Assembly (NCBI GenBank): GCA_035084275.1
Contig: CM068747.1
Location: 26,660,001-26,724,000, forward strand
DNA length: 64,000 nucleotides
Reading direction: 5' to 3'
From: Hydrolagus colliei
Lineage: Eukaryota
Shown here: in pieces, positions 37,958 through 49,839 of the stretch
Layout of the letters: each line of letters begins with the position of its first letter
Position numbering within the stretch: the first letter of the stretch is position 1
The notes under the pieces: generated by a model
The model's input: the letters and a program-made list of their open reading frames with translations, nothing else
Databases searched by the model: none
What the model was told of the DNA's origin: nothing
Made by a program: the position numbers and the translations under genes

Positions 37958-38138
37958 ACCACACCTCCTGTGCAGCGCCTTGGGACGTCCTCCTGACGTG
38001 AAAGGCGCTTTATAAGTGTAATTTGTTGATGTTGAGCTATATATATAGATACAGTCAATTCACTGTACAGTATATTCTGTGAAGCGCTAGATGTCTAGAA
38101 GATGTGAAAAGTGCTATATCAAATGGAAGGATTATTAT
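37958..38138 (+). mobile_element. L2 tail followed by SINE tail
   Basis: tgtgcagcgccttgggacgtcctcctgacgtgaaaggcgct, then cagtcaattcactgtacagtatattctgtgaagcgc...atatcaaatggaaggattatt. Confidence 0.75.
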
Positions 38139-38182
38139 CAGTGTGGGTCAGTTTGGGATGTTGATTTCACCTCATCATTGCA

Positions 38183-38350
38183 TGGCTGGAGAAGTGGTGT
38201 AGGAAGGAGGGTTTCTGGTTCCTAGACCATTGGGACCAATTCTGGGGTAGGTGGAACCTGTACAAAATGGATGGGTTACACCTGAACAGGGCTGGAACCA
38301 ATCTCCTTGCAGGGAGGTTGTCGAGTTTTGTGGGGGGGGCTTTAAACTAA
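38183..38350 (+). pseudogene. CR1 ORF1 C-terminus, SGNH-esterase type
   Basis: WLEKWCRKEGFWFLDHWDQFWGRWNLYKMDGLHLNRAGTNLLAGRLSSFVGGALN*. DGLHLN carries the D-x-x-H catalytic motif of SGNH esterases in CR1 ORF1p. Not in the ORF track. Confidence 0.8.
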
Positions 38351-38467
38351 TCCCGGGGGGGTGGGAAACTGAACAGTAGTTCAGATACGGGAGGGGTAAC
38401 AAAGAGGACAGGGGTAAGGGTAAGACGGGAGAAAAGTGCAGAGGAAGTAATTTGTGCCTTAGAGTGC

Positions 38468-41229
38468 ATGTATGTAAATGCACAAAGTTTGAGAAATAAA
38501 ATTGGTGAGCTGCAGGCTCAGGTTGCTGCGAGGCGATATGATGTTATAGCAGTAACAGAGACTTGGCTCCAGCATGGGCAGGAATGGGAGTTGAACATTC
38601 CTGGTTATAATGTATTCAGGAGGGATAGAGAAGGGAGAAAAGGGGGCGGGGTGGCAATTTTAGTTAAGGACTCAGTGACTGCCTTAGAAAGGAACGAGGT
38701 GGAAGAAGGACTAAAAACCGAATCTATCTGGTTAGAAATGAGGAATAAAAAAGGTGCAGTTACACTGTTAGGGGTATACTATAGACCACCAAATAGTGGG
38801 GAGGAGATAGACAAGCAGATCTGCAAGCGTATCACGGAGAAATACAGAGCTAATAGATTAGTGATAATGGGTGACTTCAACTATCCCAACATAGACTGGC
38901 AGAATAGTAGAGTAAAGGGCAAGGAGGGAGAAGAATTCCTGAAGTGTGTGCAGGCCAACTTTCTTGATCAGTATGTTTCCAGTCCAACGAGGAAAGAAGC
39001 ATTGCTGGATCTAGTTTTGGGAAATGAGGTAGGGCAAGTTCAACAGGTTTCTGTAGGTGAGCATCTAGGGAATAGTGACCACAATATCGTTAGATTCAGA
39101 ATAATTATGGAAAGGGATAAGGAACGATCACAGGTGAGGACACTCAACTGGAAAAGGGCTAATTTCAATGAGTTGAGGTGGGACCTAGCCAAGGTGGATT
39201 GGAAAGAAAAATTGGCAGGTAAGACAACTAACGAGCAGTGGGCAGTGTTCAAAGAGGAGATAGTTCAGGCATAGGTCAAAAGCATCCCCACAAAGGTGAA
39301 ATGTAAGGCATCCAAACCTCCCTGGATGACTAAGGAAATCGGGGCCAAAATAAACCAAAAAAAAGAGGCTTATGATGAGTGTCAGGCTCAAAATTCAGAA
39401 GGGAACCAAGCAGAATATAGGAAGTGTAGGATAGAACTAAAAAAGGAAGTTAGAGGGGCAAAGAGACTGCATGAAAAACAATTAGCGAGTAAGATTAAGG
39501 GGAACCCTAAGGTGTTTTACCAACATATTAGGAGTAAAAGGTTGGTCAAGGATAGGGTGGGGCCAACTAGGGACCTAGGAGGAAATCTCATTGTGGAGGC
39601 AGAGGGCATGGCTGATGTACTGAATGAGTACTTCGCCTCTGTCTTCACAAAAGAAAAGGATACAGCCAATGCCATAGTATTGGAGGAGAGGGTAGGAGAA
39701 ATGGATAGAATAATTATAACCAGAGAGGAAGTTCTAAAAAGGTTGACGTCGCTCAAGGTGGATAAGTCACCTGGTCCGGATGGGATGCACCCTAGGTTAC
39801 TAAGGGAGGCACAAGAGCAAATAGCAGGGACTCTGGCCACAATCTTTCAATCTTCCTTGGACACAGGGGTCGTGCCAGAGGACTGGAGGATAGCTAATGT
39901 TACTCCCTTGCATAAAAAGGGGCAGAAGAACAAGCCTGGTAACTACAGACCAGTCAGTCTAACGTCGGTAGTGGGCAAACTTCTAGAGTCCATAATCAGG
40001 GACAAGGTAGATCTTCACTTAGAAAGATATAGGCTAATAAAGGACAGTCAACTTGGATTTGTTAAAGGCAAATCTTGCCTTACAAATCTGATAAATCTGA
40101 TGGATAATGGTAGCGCAGTTGATGTAGTTTACATGGACTTTCAAAAGGCATTTGACAAAGTGCCACATGAGAGACTTATTAGGAAATTAAAGGCCCACGG
40201 CATAAAAGGGACAGTGGCAGAGTGGATCCACAACTGGCTGCGAGACAGAAAGCAGAGAGTTGTAGTGAGCGGCTGTTTTTCAGACTGGAGGGAAGTGAGC
40301 AGTGGTGTGCCACAGGGATCAGTTTTGGGACCATTGCTGTTTGTAATCTACATCAATGATCTGGACTTGGGTGTAGGGAGTACTGTTTCCAAGTTTGCAG
40401 ATGACACTAAGTTAGGGAGAATAGTAAATAGTGAGGAGGATAGTAGCCATCTGCAAGAGGATATAGACAAATTGGTAAAGTGGGCAGACACATGGCAGAT
40501 GAAGTTTAATGCAGAGAAGTGTGAGGTGATGCATTTTGGGAGAAGAAATGAAGGGAGGCAATATAGGCTAGATAGTACAATTTTAAATGGTGTGAAGGAA
40601 CAGAGAGACCTGGGGATTTGTGTTAGTGACTCGTTGAAGGTGGCAGGACAGGTAGACAAGGCTGTTAAGAAGGCATATGGGATACTAGGCTTTATAAATA
40701 GGGGTATAGAATACAAAAGTCAGGAAGTGCTGACTAACCTCTAAAACTTTGGTGAGGCCTCAGCTGGAATACTGTGTTCAATTCTGGTCACCACACTACA
40801 GAAAGGATGTGAAGACATTGGAAAGGGTACAAAGAAGATTTACTAGGATGGTGCCAGGATAGAGGGACTTCAGCTATGAGGAGACGCTAGATAGGCTAGG
40901 GTTATTCTCTCTGGAGCAGAGAAGATTGAGGGGAGACCTAATAGAGGTTTATAAGATCATGAGGGGTTTCGACAGGGCAAATAGAGAAAAACTATTTCCA
41001 CTCGTGGGCGAATCTGTGACTCGTGGGTCACAGATTTAAAATAGTTTCAAGGCAAAGTAGAGGGGAGCTGAGGAGAAATGTTTTCACTCAGCGAGTTGTT
41101 CGAATCTGGAATGCATTGCCTGGAAAGGTGGTGGAGGCTGTTTCGATAACAACTAAAAGGGAATTAGATCTTTATTTAGGGAGAACAGGTCTATTAGGCT
41201 ATGGGGAGCGGGCAGGGCAGTGGGATTGA
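38468..41229 (+). pseudogene. CR1 ORF2 (APE endonuclease and reverse transcriptase), disabled
   Basis: YVNAQS, AVTETW, GGGVAI, GDFNYP, SDH; YRPVSL, DFQKAFDKV, PQGSVLGP, FADD. In-frame TAG at 39272-39274, short in-frame loss near LTNLINLMD, frameshift near 40742. Confidence 0.9.
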
Positions 41230-41314
41230 ATCGCTCTTTTCAAAGAGCCGGCACAGACAAGATGGGCCGAATGGCCTCCTTTTGTGCCGTAAAATTCTAT
41301 GAATCTATAATCAT

Positions 41315-41700
41315 CTGCAGCTCAGTGGTTAGAGCACTCGCCTTGCAAGCGTGAGACCTGTGTTCGAATCCAGGCAGATCAGGGCGAAACCTTGGGTAAG
41401 TTTCCTTACTCCACGTGTCTAATAATTACTCCAAGCGCTCTGAAACGCCGTCTGGCATGGAGGGCGCTATATAAATCAAAGTTGTTGTTGTTTAATAATA
41501 ATCCATTAAAAAAAAAACTATAATAGATGAGTCATTTTCAATTCATGTCTGTTTGTGGAACACTGCTGTGCGCAATTGGATGCCGTGTTTCGCCCACAAA
41601 TGTACAGTCAATTAACTTACAGTATATTCTGTGAAGCGCTTTTGAGACATCGATAAGATGTGAAAAGCGCTATATCCAATGCAAGAATTATTATTATAAT
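41315..41700 (+). mobile_element. tRNA-derived SINE with a short L2-type tail inserted at about 41431-41493
   Basis: Head to ctaataatt, insert ccaagcgctctgaaacgccgtctggcatggagggcgctatataaatcaaagttgttgttg, then the SINE body resumes at aataataatcc. Confidence 0.85.
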
Positions 41701-42571
41701 CTGATCACTCTCTATGCCTGACCTAAATGTTGCAAAATAATGAATCCAAGTTGTTTTTTGTTTCAAAAAAAGTGTTTTTCTAATGATCCACATTAATCTG
41801 GATGTCAAACAACTGTTTCACATCAGTCCTTCCCTGTCATGGTCTTGTCTTCACTTGGCAAGACAATTCCTGAATGCTCGTTCCTGGGGTCAGAAGCTTG
41901 GCCCAAACTCAGAGATTATGTTTGAATGAACAGTGAGGATCTGATGCAATAGAAATACCTTCACCCAACAACCCTCTAAGAGATGCCGTCTGGAGGGGAA
42001 GGTGCTGTATCAACGCATATTGTTGTTGTTAAAGGCTTTTTATAATCACTTTTTTTTTAAAAACCCAGAAGGAATTCAACTGACGCTAACAAACAATGAA
42101 ATTAATTCCAGAAAAGATTTGTTTGCGGGTGGGAGGGAAGGTTGGAGAAAATGGCTTCAGACTGGAAATGATTAGTGAGATATTTCTGTTCCAGTGATTG
42201 CTAAAATGTTGTTTGACTTATTTCACTGACTTATTTCAAAAGCTCGTTCCGGTTGATTTCAGACTCAATGCCATTTACTTTGATTAATTATACCTGAAGG
42301 TGTAAAGCCATAGATCTAAACCCACACTTGCTTCCACGACCTAAAAGGTTCCCTCCATTCAGTCATTTCTGTGTTGGTGATTCACTGGAGCCGCATTTCG
42401 CCCACAAAGTGTGCAATTTAATTCAATTTACAATATATAATTCTGAAAACCGCTTGGAGATGTCTCAACAGCATGATAGGGTGCTATTTCAAATGCATTA
42501 ATAGTACAGTATTACTATTATCATGTTTACTTTCCCTCCCTGGCCATTGGTAGTTAGAACAATTGTAGGGG

Positions 42572-43050
42572 ACATGCAGTCTTTTTGCCCCTCTAATTTC
42601 CTTTTTCAGTTCTCTCCTGCTCTTCCTATATTCTACTTGGTTGGCCTCTGTATCTTGGGCCTGCCACTTGTCATAAGCCTCCTTTTTTTTGCTTTAGTGT
42701 AACCCCAATTGCCCTCGTCATCCAGGGAGGTTTGGATGCCCCACATTTTAGCTTTGATGGAATGTTTTTGACCTGGGCCCGAACTATCTCTTCTTTGAAG
42801 ACTGCCCACTGCTCATTAGCTGTTTTACCTGCTAACCGTTCTTTCCAGTCCACCTCGGCTAGGTCCCGTTTTAACTCACTGAAATTAGCCTTCTTCCAGT
42901 TGAGTGTCTTCACCTGTTGTACTTGCCCCAACTCATTCCCCAAAACTAGATCCAGCATTGCTGCCTTCCTTGTTGGACTGAAAACATACCGATCAAGAAA
43001 GTTGTCCTGTACACATTTCAGGAATTCTTCTCCATCCTTGCCCTTTTCTA
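42572..43050 (-). mobile_element. Internal CR1 ORF2 fragment with an 87-bp deletion
   Basis: LDLVLGNELGQVQQVKTLNWKKANFSELKRDLAEVDW aligns to 38915-39470 and lacks 29 codons. Confidence 0.85.
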
Positions 43051-43084
43051 TTTACTATTTACTATTTACTATTCTGCCAGTCGA

Positions 43085-43328
43085 ATAATAAATGGGTCAT
43101 TTCATTCCACAACTGTTTATGGGAACATGGCTGTGCGCAATTGACTGCAACGTTTTGCCCACAAATATACACTCAATTCACTTTACAGTATATTCTGTGA
43201 AGCGGTTTGAGGCATCTAGAAGATGTGAAAAGCACTATATCAAATGCAAGGATTATTATTATTATGAATAACAACAAAATTACTTTTCTGTTGCGCCTTT
43301 CACCTCAGGAGGACGTCCCAAGGCGCTG
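43085..43328. mobile_element. SINE core and tail (+, 43085-43265) abutting an L2 tail (-, 43270-43328)
   Basis: Both family motifs lie about 80 nt upstream of the MYLK acceptor. Confidence 0.75.
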
Positions 43329-43405
43329 ACAAAGGTGAAAGGCTAAGAAGGCAATCTGAATGTGAACAAGTCAGAGATGTATTTATCGCTGTGTTTTATT
43401 TGCAG

Positions 43406-43613
43406 GTGAGGGGATATCCGGAACCCAGTGTTACATGGTATAAGAATGGCCAGCCTGTCTCAAACAGTGAACGCTGCACAACTGAGCAAAGTGCCCGTGG
43501 GACGTTCAGCCTTGTCATCACAGCAGTGCAGGCGGACGATTCTGGAAAATACACGTGTGAAACTACTAACGCCAGTGGGGTTCGTCAAGTAACTGTGGAG
43601 TTAACTGTTCAAG
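43406..43613 (+). CDS. MYLK: MYLK coding exon 2 (human exon 5 equivalent), Ig1
   Basis: tttgcag|VRGYPEPSVTWYKNGQPV...GTFSLVITAVQADDSGKYTCETTNASGVRQVTVELTVQ G|gtacgt; 208 nt, phase 0 to 1. Confidence 0.95.
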
Positions 43614-44203
43614 GTACGTGCTGACCTCGTCATTCACAAAGAATGAAACAGCAAATAAAACCACTTTGCAATCAGTGATCTTCAACACAATACAACAGCA
43701 ACTTTACATTTGTATCGTGCCTTCCACGTTGGGAGGACGTCCCAAGGCGCTGTGCAGAATAGTATCCCTGCTGGACTCTTTCCACTATGACCTGTATGCT
43801 TCTTTACACTTTTCTGGAGTGTATACAAATGTGAAAATATTTTTTATATTCAGTAAATTGCTTACTTACGTTTCTCTCTCTATTTTTTTCCTCAAATTAT
43901 ATTAGCTGCTAACAGCACTAGAGACTTTCTCTTTGAAGTCAGGACTTTCATTTTTCTTCAAATAAGATTGTTGGACAAATGACTCTGAGCACAATGTTGT
44001 CAAAATATTCACGTTCCTTATAACCCCGGCTGTGATGGCATTCCAGGCAGAAAATTCCTTTGTATCCTATGTTTAGGTATCTGTTTCCTTTGTATAATAT
44101 GGTTTCCCAATGACTTATATCTAGTTGCTGTTAATATTAGAGCCACAAAGCTTCCCTAATGCTTAAGTTAGCTGTATGACTGCATGAATGAAGCTTTAGT
44201 GGT

Positions 44204-44452
44204 GTCCTGTGGTTTAATGGTTAGAGGCCTCGCAAGCAAGAGGACCTGGGTTTATTTCCCAGAGTGGGCAAAACTTATGTAAGTTTCCTTACTCCTCTGG
44301 TTTCTGTATGTGGGACAATGCTGTGTGCAATCGGTTGCCATGTTTGTCCCATATAATATACAGACAATTCACTTGAAAGTATATCCTGTGAAGCGCTTTG
44401 AACATCTTCACAACGCGATACGGCGTTGTAACAAACGCATGGATTATTATTA
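44204..44452 (+). mobile_element. Degenerate SINE with internal deletion
   Basis: gtcctgtggtttaatggttagagg head, gctgtgtgcaatcggttgcc core, gaagcgctttgaac tail. Confidence 0.7.
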
Positions 44453-46548
44453 GTGTTATTGTGCACGAGCTGAAAACTTGAGAGATGTTGACTCCTTGAT
44501 ACCCAGATTTTTTTTGCTGAATTGTCAACAGTTAAACGTACATTTTGTAAAACAAAACTGATTTGTTAGTGTTAGAACTTCAGTCAGCATCTGTTCACAG
44601 GATCACCTTTGTGTATGTATTCAGTGATCAACGTGACCGCTGAGGCGTATTTGGCTGTTGCTTTGTGCCTGGCTTGCATCTCATCGTTCGTATCTATTTA
44701 AATTCCAACGAGACCAAGTAACTTGTAGCCTATTTGTCTTCACAATCAAAGGATGGGGAAACTCTGGATGATTGATCTACTGGTTTTGCGTCAGTTCAAA
44801 AAATTTCTGCTGAAGAAATCAGCTGCGATCTGATCAAAGTACATCTCGGGTCACAATACAATACCATGAGGGTCCACGTGGTGTGCAATTCACAGAGAGC
44901 GGATCAAATCCTTCATTGAAAATCCCAGCTCAATGTTGCCTTCGGTGTTTGATCATTAAAATACCAGAGTGCGGAGGACCTCATCCAGTGGAGAGCAAAT
45001 CAAAACTGTCTGTTAGATATTGAATAATACCAACAAATGTTTCAACTCAAGCAATTGATTCCATAGACCTGGACAGCCTTTGCTGTATAAATGCTGGTAA
45101 CACCATATTCACTACGTGGTGTACTATATCTTCCCGACATGAAAGGTCCTCTATAAATGTAATTTTTTTGTTATATATTTGGCAAACAGTAACTCTCATT
45201 GGGAAAATGGAAATGTTCACACTGACATGTGGAAATGCAGGAATAGAGTTCTTTAATTGCCTGACTGAGTTGCGATTTGAAAATCCAGGTAGTCAATACA
45301 CCTGGTCTGGTCTATGCTTAACACACTCTTAAAAAAAAAAATTGCACTTTGGATGAGAAATGCCTTTGACAGGGTCAAAAGTCAGCTAATCATACTATAC
45401 CTGAGCTACTTGCCTTCTCAGGCCACCTGTTAGGCCTTTCATACGGTTGAATTATGGTGAACATTGTTGTGCAATGATACAAAAACTGAAATAAGCCTTA
45501 GGACAGCTTGTAATCCTGACTTTGTCTCGGGTGTTATCACATTTTTGTCTAAGTTAATGGCCTGTTACTGTGCTACGATTGGTATGGTAATCTCCCGATT
45601 CTGTGGGGTAAATGGGACAAATTTACAGCGTGGCAGCTTGAGGTTTAATTTCCTCCAGTACGTTGAGAGGTAAACCTGGCGAAAGAAGCATTAAAATACT
45701 TCACGGTGTGTGGTTGGGCACCGACTGCTGAACTCTGCTAGGTAAGCAGACATGTGACAACCAAATCTGTGCCTACCTCTCACTCCAAGGGGAGAGTGAT
45801 AAGGCATCAGTATTCAAGAATAGTCACCACACTTTCGTTCAATAATATAATCCATCACTGCGCTCCCAGGCAGTTATCTACTGAGGCACAAAATTTGACC
45901 TGATCTTATCCTGTGACATAATGTGTTTTTTTTTAGACATAATGCACTTGCAGGATAAAATTAGGTTGAGTTTTGATCCCTTTTATGCTTCCAACTCCCC
46001 CACCCCCTCTCCCCCCATCTCCTATATTTGCTGTTTCTCCTCCCCGGCTTTCTGACAATTGGCTACCACGGTCATTTCACTCGACAGTGCATCGACAGTG
46101 CACTCGACTTCACACTGTGAAGTGTTTTGAGACATCTCGAAGACGTGATCAGGCGTGACATCAAATGCACGTATTATTATTTTTATTATTCAGTTACGTG
46201 GTGCCCTCTGGTGGTTTGGTAAAAATCAATTAGTTCAATTATTTCTAAAAATTTCCCCCCCACAAATGACATCTGGTAAACTTTAATCCTTGATTACAGC
46301 TTCCCTCCCGTTTCTGTGGCTTTGGCAGAGGCTTTTGATGAGTTAGCAAGTTATTGAATTAAATTCTCAATTTGTAAACAGAACGAAATGATTCACTGCG
46401 AGAAATCTAATTACTGCAGAAAGACTTTGGGGGGTCCGATGGGGTCATTGAAATCAACCGACTGGGAGTACCGCTTACCTTGTGTTGTGGTGAGGAAATG
46501 CTCAATTCTCAAATTCAGCTTTGCATATGGCTTTTGTTTTTTTACCAG

Positions 46549-46597
46549 GAGACAGTGTGTTGAAATATGGGTTGCCAAACTATTCCAAAACATCCAG
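46549..46597 (+). CDS. MYLK: MYLK coding exon 3 (49-nt exon, human exon 6 equivalent)
   Basis: cttttgttttttttaccag|(G)DSVLKYGLPNYSKTS(S)|gtgagt; 49 nt, phase 1 to 2, exactly the phase needed between the neighbouring exons. Not in the ORF track. Confidence 0.85.
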
Positions 46598-46675
46598 GTG
46601 AGTGTCTCACTCAAACAGGTAAATCAACCGAACGAGAGAGAACTGAGATCGTCCTCTGTTGCTTCTGTTAAATAA

Positions 46676-46810
46676 TATTAATAATAATAATAATAATAAT
46701 CCTCACGATATAGTGCTTGAAAACGTTGTTGAGATGTCTCAAAGTGCCTCACGGAATAGATTATGAAGTGGATTGATGGTGTATTTTGTGGGCGAACGTA
46801 AACAGCCAAT
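46676..46810 (-). mobile_element. SINE tail remnant
   Basis: (aat)n cctcacgatatagtgc...ctcaaagtgcctcacggaatag. Confidence 0.6.
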
Positions 46811-47189
46811 AATTATTTACAATTGCAATTGGAATCAAAATTAGAATTCATGACACTTCTTTCAGTGAACTAGCGTAATCAGATAATCCACATCAGAAGG
46901 AAATGAAGGACTTGAATTTGATGGAAACTAAACTGCAGATTGAGGACTCAAATCCCCCAAATAATCTTCACGCATCAATCATACCGGATTAATAGGCACT
47001 TAATTACTACTCACTTCAACAGAGGATGTCTTGTCTCCTCTCAATCTGCCTCAATTCAAATTGGTGCCCACAACTTCCGTCGGCCCATTCTCAAACACCT
47101 GCCGTAGCTCCTGTGTCCTGCAATCCGATTTTAACCAAATCTTGACAATTTTCACCAGTTCCTTCTGCCTTCTCCCACAAAAGCACCCT

Positions 47190-47453
47190 CAATTAACGTC
47201 CTCGATTAACGTCGCGGTTGTGTTCTCGGAAAGTGCGCATTTAAGCGAAACAACGTTAAAGTGAACCGCGCAAGAAGACCGTACGTTCCAGTGTCTATGT
47301 ACGCCTACGCTACCCAAAGTAGTTTGTTTCCACCCGTGCGAACGATGTAATAGCGAACATCATGATGTTAAATGAATATACTTTTCCCTATGTATGAGCA
47401 ACGTAATAAACAAAACAGCATCAACCGAAGCAACGTTAAGCGAGGTCTAACTG
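47190..47453. mobile_element. Second Tigger-like MITE
   Basis: Right TIR caacgttaagcgaggtctaactg|TA; degenerate left TIR caattaacgtcctcgattaacgtcg; CpG-rich interior. Confidence 0.55.
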
Positions 47454-47565
47454 TATCCACTCAATTCACTGCAGTATTTTCTATGAAGCAATTTGAGAAG
47501 TCTTGAAGACTCGATCAAGGCTCTATGTTGAATGCGAGTTATGCTCTTTCTATGCCTTCCTACAG

Positions 47566-47728
47566 TCGATCGCCTATTCCGTCAATTGAAAACAGACCCA
47601 GCATCTGGGGTGAAAGCCCACCAAAGTTCGTCACCAGACCAGCGAGGCTGATCGTCAAGGAAGGACAGAGCGGCAAATTCTCCTGCAAGATAACGGGCAG
47701 GCCTCAACCGCAAGTCACCTGGCTGAAG
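47566..47728 (+). CDS. MYLK: MYLK coding exon 4 (human exon 7 equivalent), start of Ig2
   Basis: cctacag|RSPIPSIENRPSIWGESPPKFVTRPARLIVKEGQSGKFSCKITGRPQPQVTWLK|gtgaca; 163 nt, phase 2 to 0. Confidence 0.95.
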
Positions 47729-48116
47729 GTGACACGCGGATCTGTCTGAGATGCATTCGGACCTGTAGATTATTAAAAGGCTGGTTTAACTCCCAGGCCC
47801 TTCATGCATGATCCCAATTAGTGGCCTGTCGACAAGCTACTGCGCAGACAGAAAGCCGCCAAGCCTGATTTGGTTCTTTCACTCAGCGTGTGCTTCTCTG
47901 GCAGAGACTGGACAGACATCACAAAGGATGTGAAGGGTGCTGCCCAAGTATGTGTTGTTGTTGTTGTTTGACTCGGCGTAGAGATGGCAGGGCAGGTACA
48001 AACAGTGTGTGCACTGCAGGGATGGACACCTTACAGATGGTACGCATGACTGTAGCTACGGAACAAGTGACAAAGGACAGCGCACTTACCTCTGGGCAGG
48101 TCGGAAGATCCGATTA

Positions 48117-48230
48117 ATGTAATCCTTGCATTTGATGTTGCGCTTTTCATGTCTTCTAGGCGTCTCAAAGCGCTTCACGGAACATGCCGTAAAGTGAACA
48201 GACTGTGGGCGAAACACGACAGTCAATTAC
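48117..48230 (-). mobile_element. SINE tail remnant
   Basis: aatccttgcatttgatgttgcgcttttcatgtcttctaggcgtctcaaagcgcttcac. Confidence 0.75.
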
Positions 48231-48376
48231 AGAGGTTTAAAAGCGCGTAACTTTGTCACTTCAGTTCACCTGAAATTTTCGCACAGAGACATGCTGTCGA
48301 GCGCAAACCAACGGATCGGTGAATAACAGTGTCGACGAGACGTCCTCGCGTAACAACAACGCGTTCTTCTCCCCAG

Positions 48377-48542
48377 GGTGACGCAGAGCTGCAGCAAAGT
48401 GATCGCTTCAGTGTGGTCGAGAAGTCTGGCATTCACTACCTGGAGATCCGAGCTGTGAGGATGGAGGACGCCGGAACCTACACGTGTACATTGATGAATA
48501 ATTCCGGGAAAGCCTCTTCCTCCGCAGACCTCCTAGTTCAAA
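48377..48542 (+). CDS. MYLK: MYLK coding exon 5 (human exon 8 equivalent), end of Ig2
   Basis: ctccccag|GDAELQQSDRFSVVEKSGIHYLEIRAVRMEDAGTYTCTLMNNSGKASSSADLLVQ a|gtataa; 166 nt, phase 0 to 1. The donor is weak. Confidence 0.9.
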
Positions 48543-49839
48543 GTATAAGACAATATTTTCTCTTGTTTCTGTACGTGTGTGTGTGTGATCAGAAACGCTA
48601 TTATGATCATGAGATTTGCAGTTCAACCTTGACTTTTAATGTATAATAATAATAAATGCTACATCGCCTTATCATGTCTTCAAGACATCCAAAAACCCTA
48701 TATATTTATAAGTTAAACATTCAATGTAATGCATTTGTAATGTAATGTATCAATGCAATTTATTTTGGAGGGGGACGAACACTAATGAGGCATATATGAA
48801 ATCTGAGGTTAAAACAACTAACAGAATCTAACAGTGATCAGAATAAGGAGGTCTTGCATTTTCCCTCGAATGAGGGTACAAATCTAGAATTTTATGACTC
48901 GAAGGTTAATTTCTCTGCAGTTTACAGGCTTTATTCAGACACCTCTTATTTCATTTTGGCTGCAATTTCAGATTTGTTTTTCTGTCTGACCTCATGACGC
49001 CTTTCTTCATTCTTATCGGACTGTTAATAATTGGTGGAAAGGCAGAGAACCTTCATGTGACAGGACCACATAAATCAGATGATGTAGTGCGACGCAGGAA
49101 GAATATCATATACTGGCACAGCACTTCATTTCATATCTTTTATACCCAATGTAGGTTAGGATTTTAAGCAAAATGTGCAAGCAACAGACTCAAAATAGTT
49201 CAAGCTTTTACTGCTAATTTATTCCTTGTTCTGGCTTCTATTTTCTTTGCATCTGTGCTTTCTTAAATTCTCTCTTTCTCTCTCTTTTGCTCTTTCTCTC
49301 TGTCTCTCTCTTTCAACTTTTCCAGTTCCAACTGTTGGGATTTTTACGGATATGTTTTACATTTTCTCCGTAATTAGTTCCTTGCCCGAGAATTGTTTGA
49401 TGCTGTGTTTATGGAGAAAACATTGACATTTCTGAAAGATTATTATTTGCTTGGCAGCCGGCACGCTGTTAGAATCCAGGCTGATACAGACTAGTTTTAT
49501 GACTCGCCCTGGCTTGGTGCAGACTTTAAAGTGAAACAGCAATAGACGACAGAACACAGAGCTGGCTATACATTGCTTCACCTCTGGGGTCAGTGCAAGG
49601 GAAACTGAGCTCTCCGTGCGCGGACTTGCGCCACATCTGCACTGCTCTACTAACCAAACACTGAATGGTGTTTACAGATTGGCATCAAACAGCTGGCTGT
49701 CTGCGCGCTGTCTGTGCTGGATTGAGCAACGAGCTCAACCAGGGCTGTTTATAAACAGGGCTGGATTGTGTTGAAGGGAGGTCAGAAATTCAATAGGACC
49801 TCAGCAAGAGTTGGGCAGATAACTTGACGGGCAATTTTT

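Larger units (their letters stand above)
38179..41309 (+). mobile_element. CR1 LINE, 3.1 kb, 5'-truncated within ORF1, ORF2 nearly complete
   Basis: ORF1 end, APE and RT domains, 3' tail aaaattctatgaatctat, candidate TSD ATCAT (38174-38178 and 41310-41314). Confidence 0.95.

Noticed and set aside
47890-48117. Cys-rich ORF (GCCPSMCCCCC)
   Set aside because: The Cys run comes from a (TTG)n L2-type tail, and the ORF lies in a MYLK intron.
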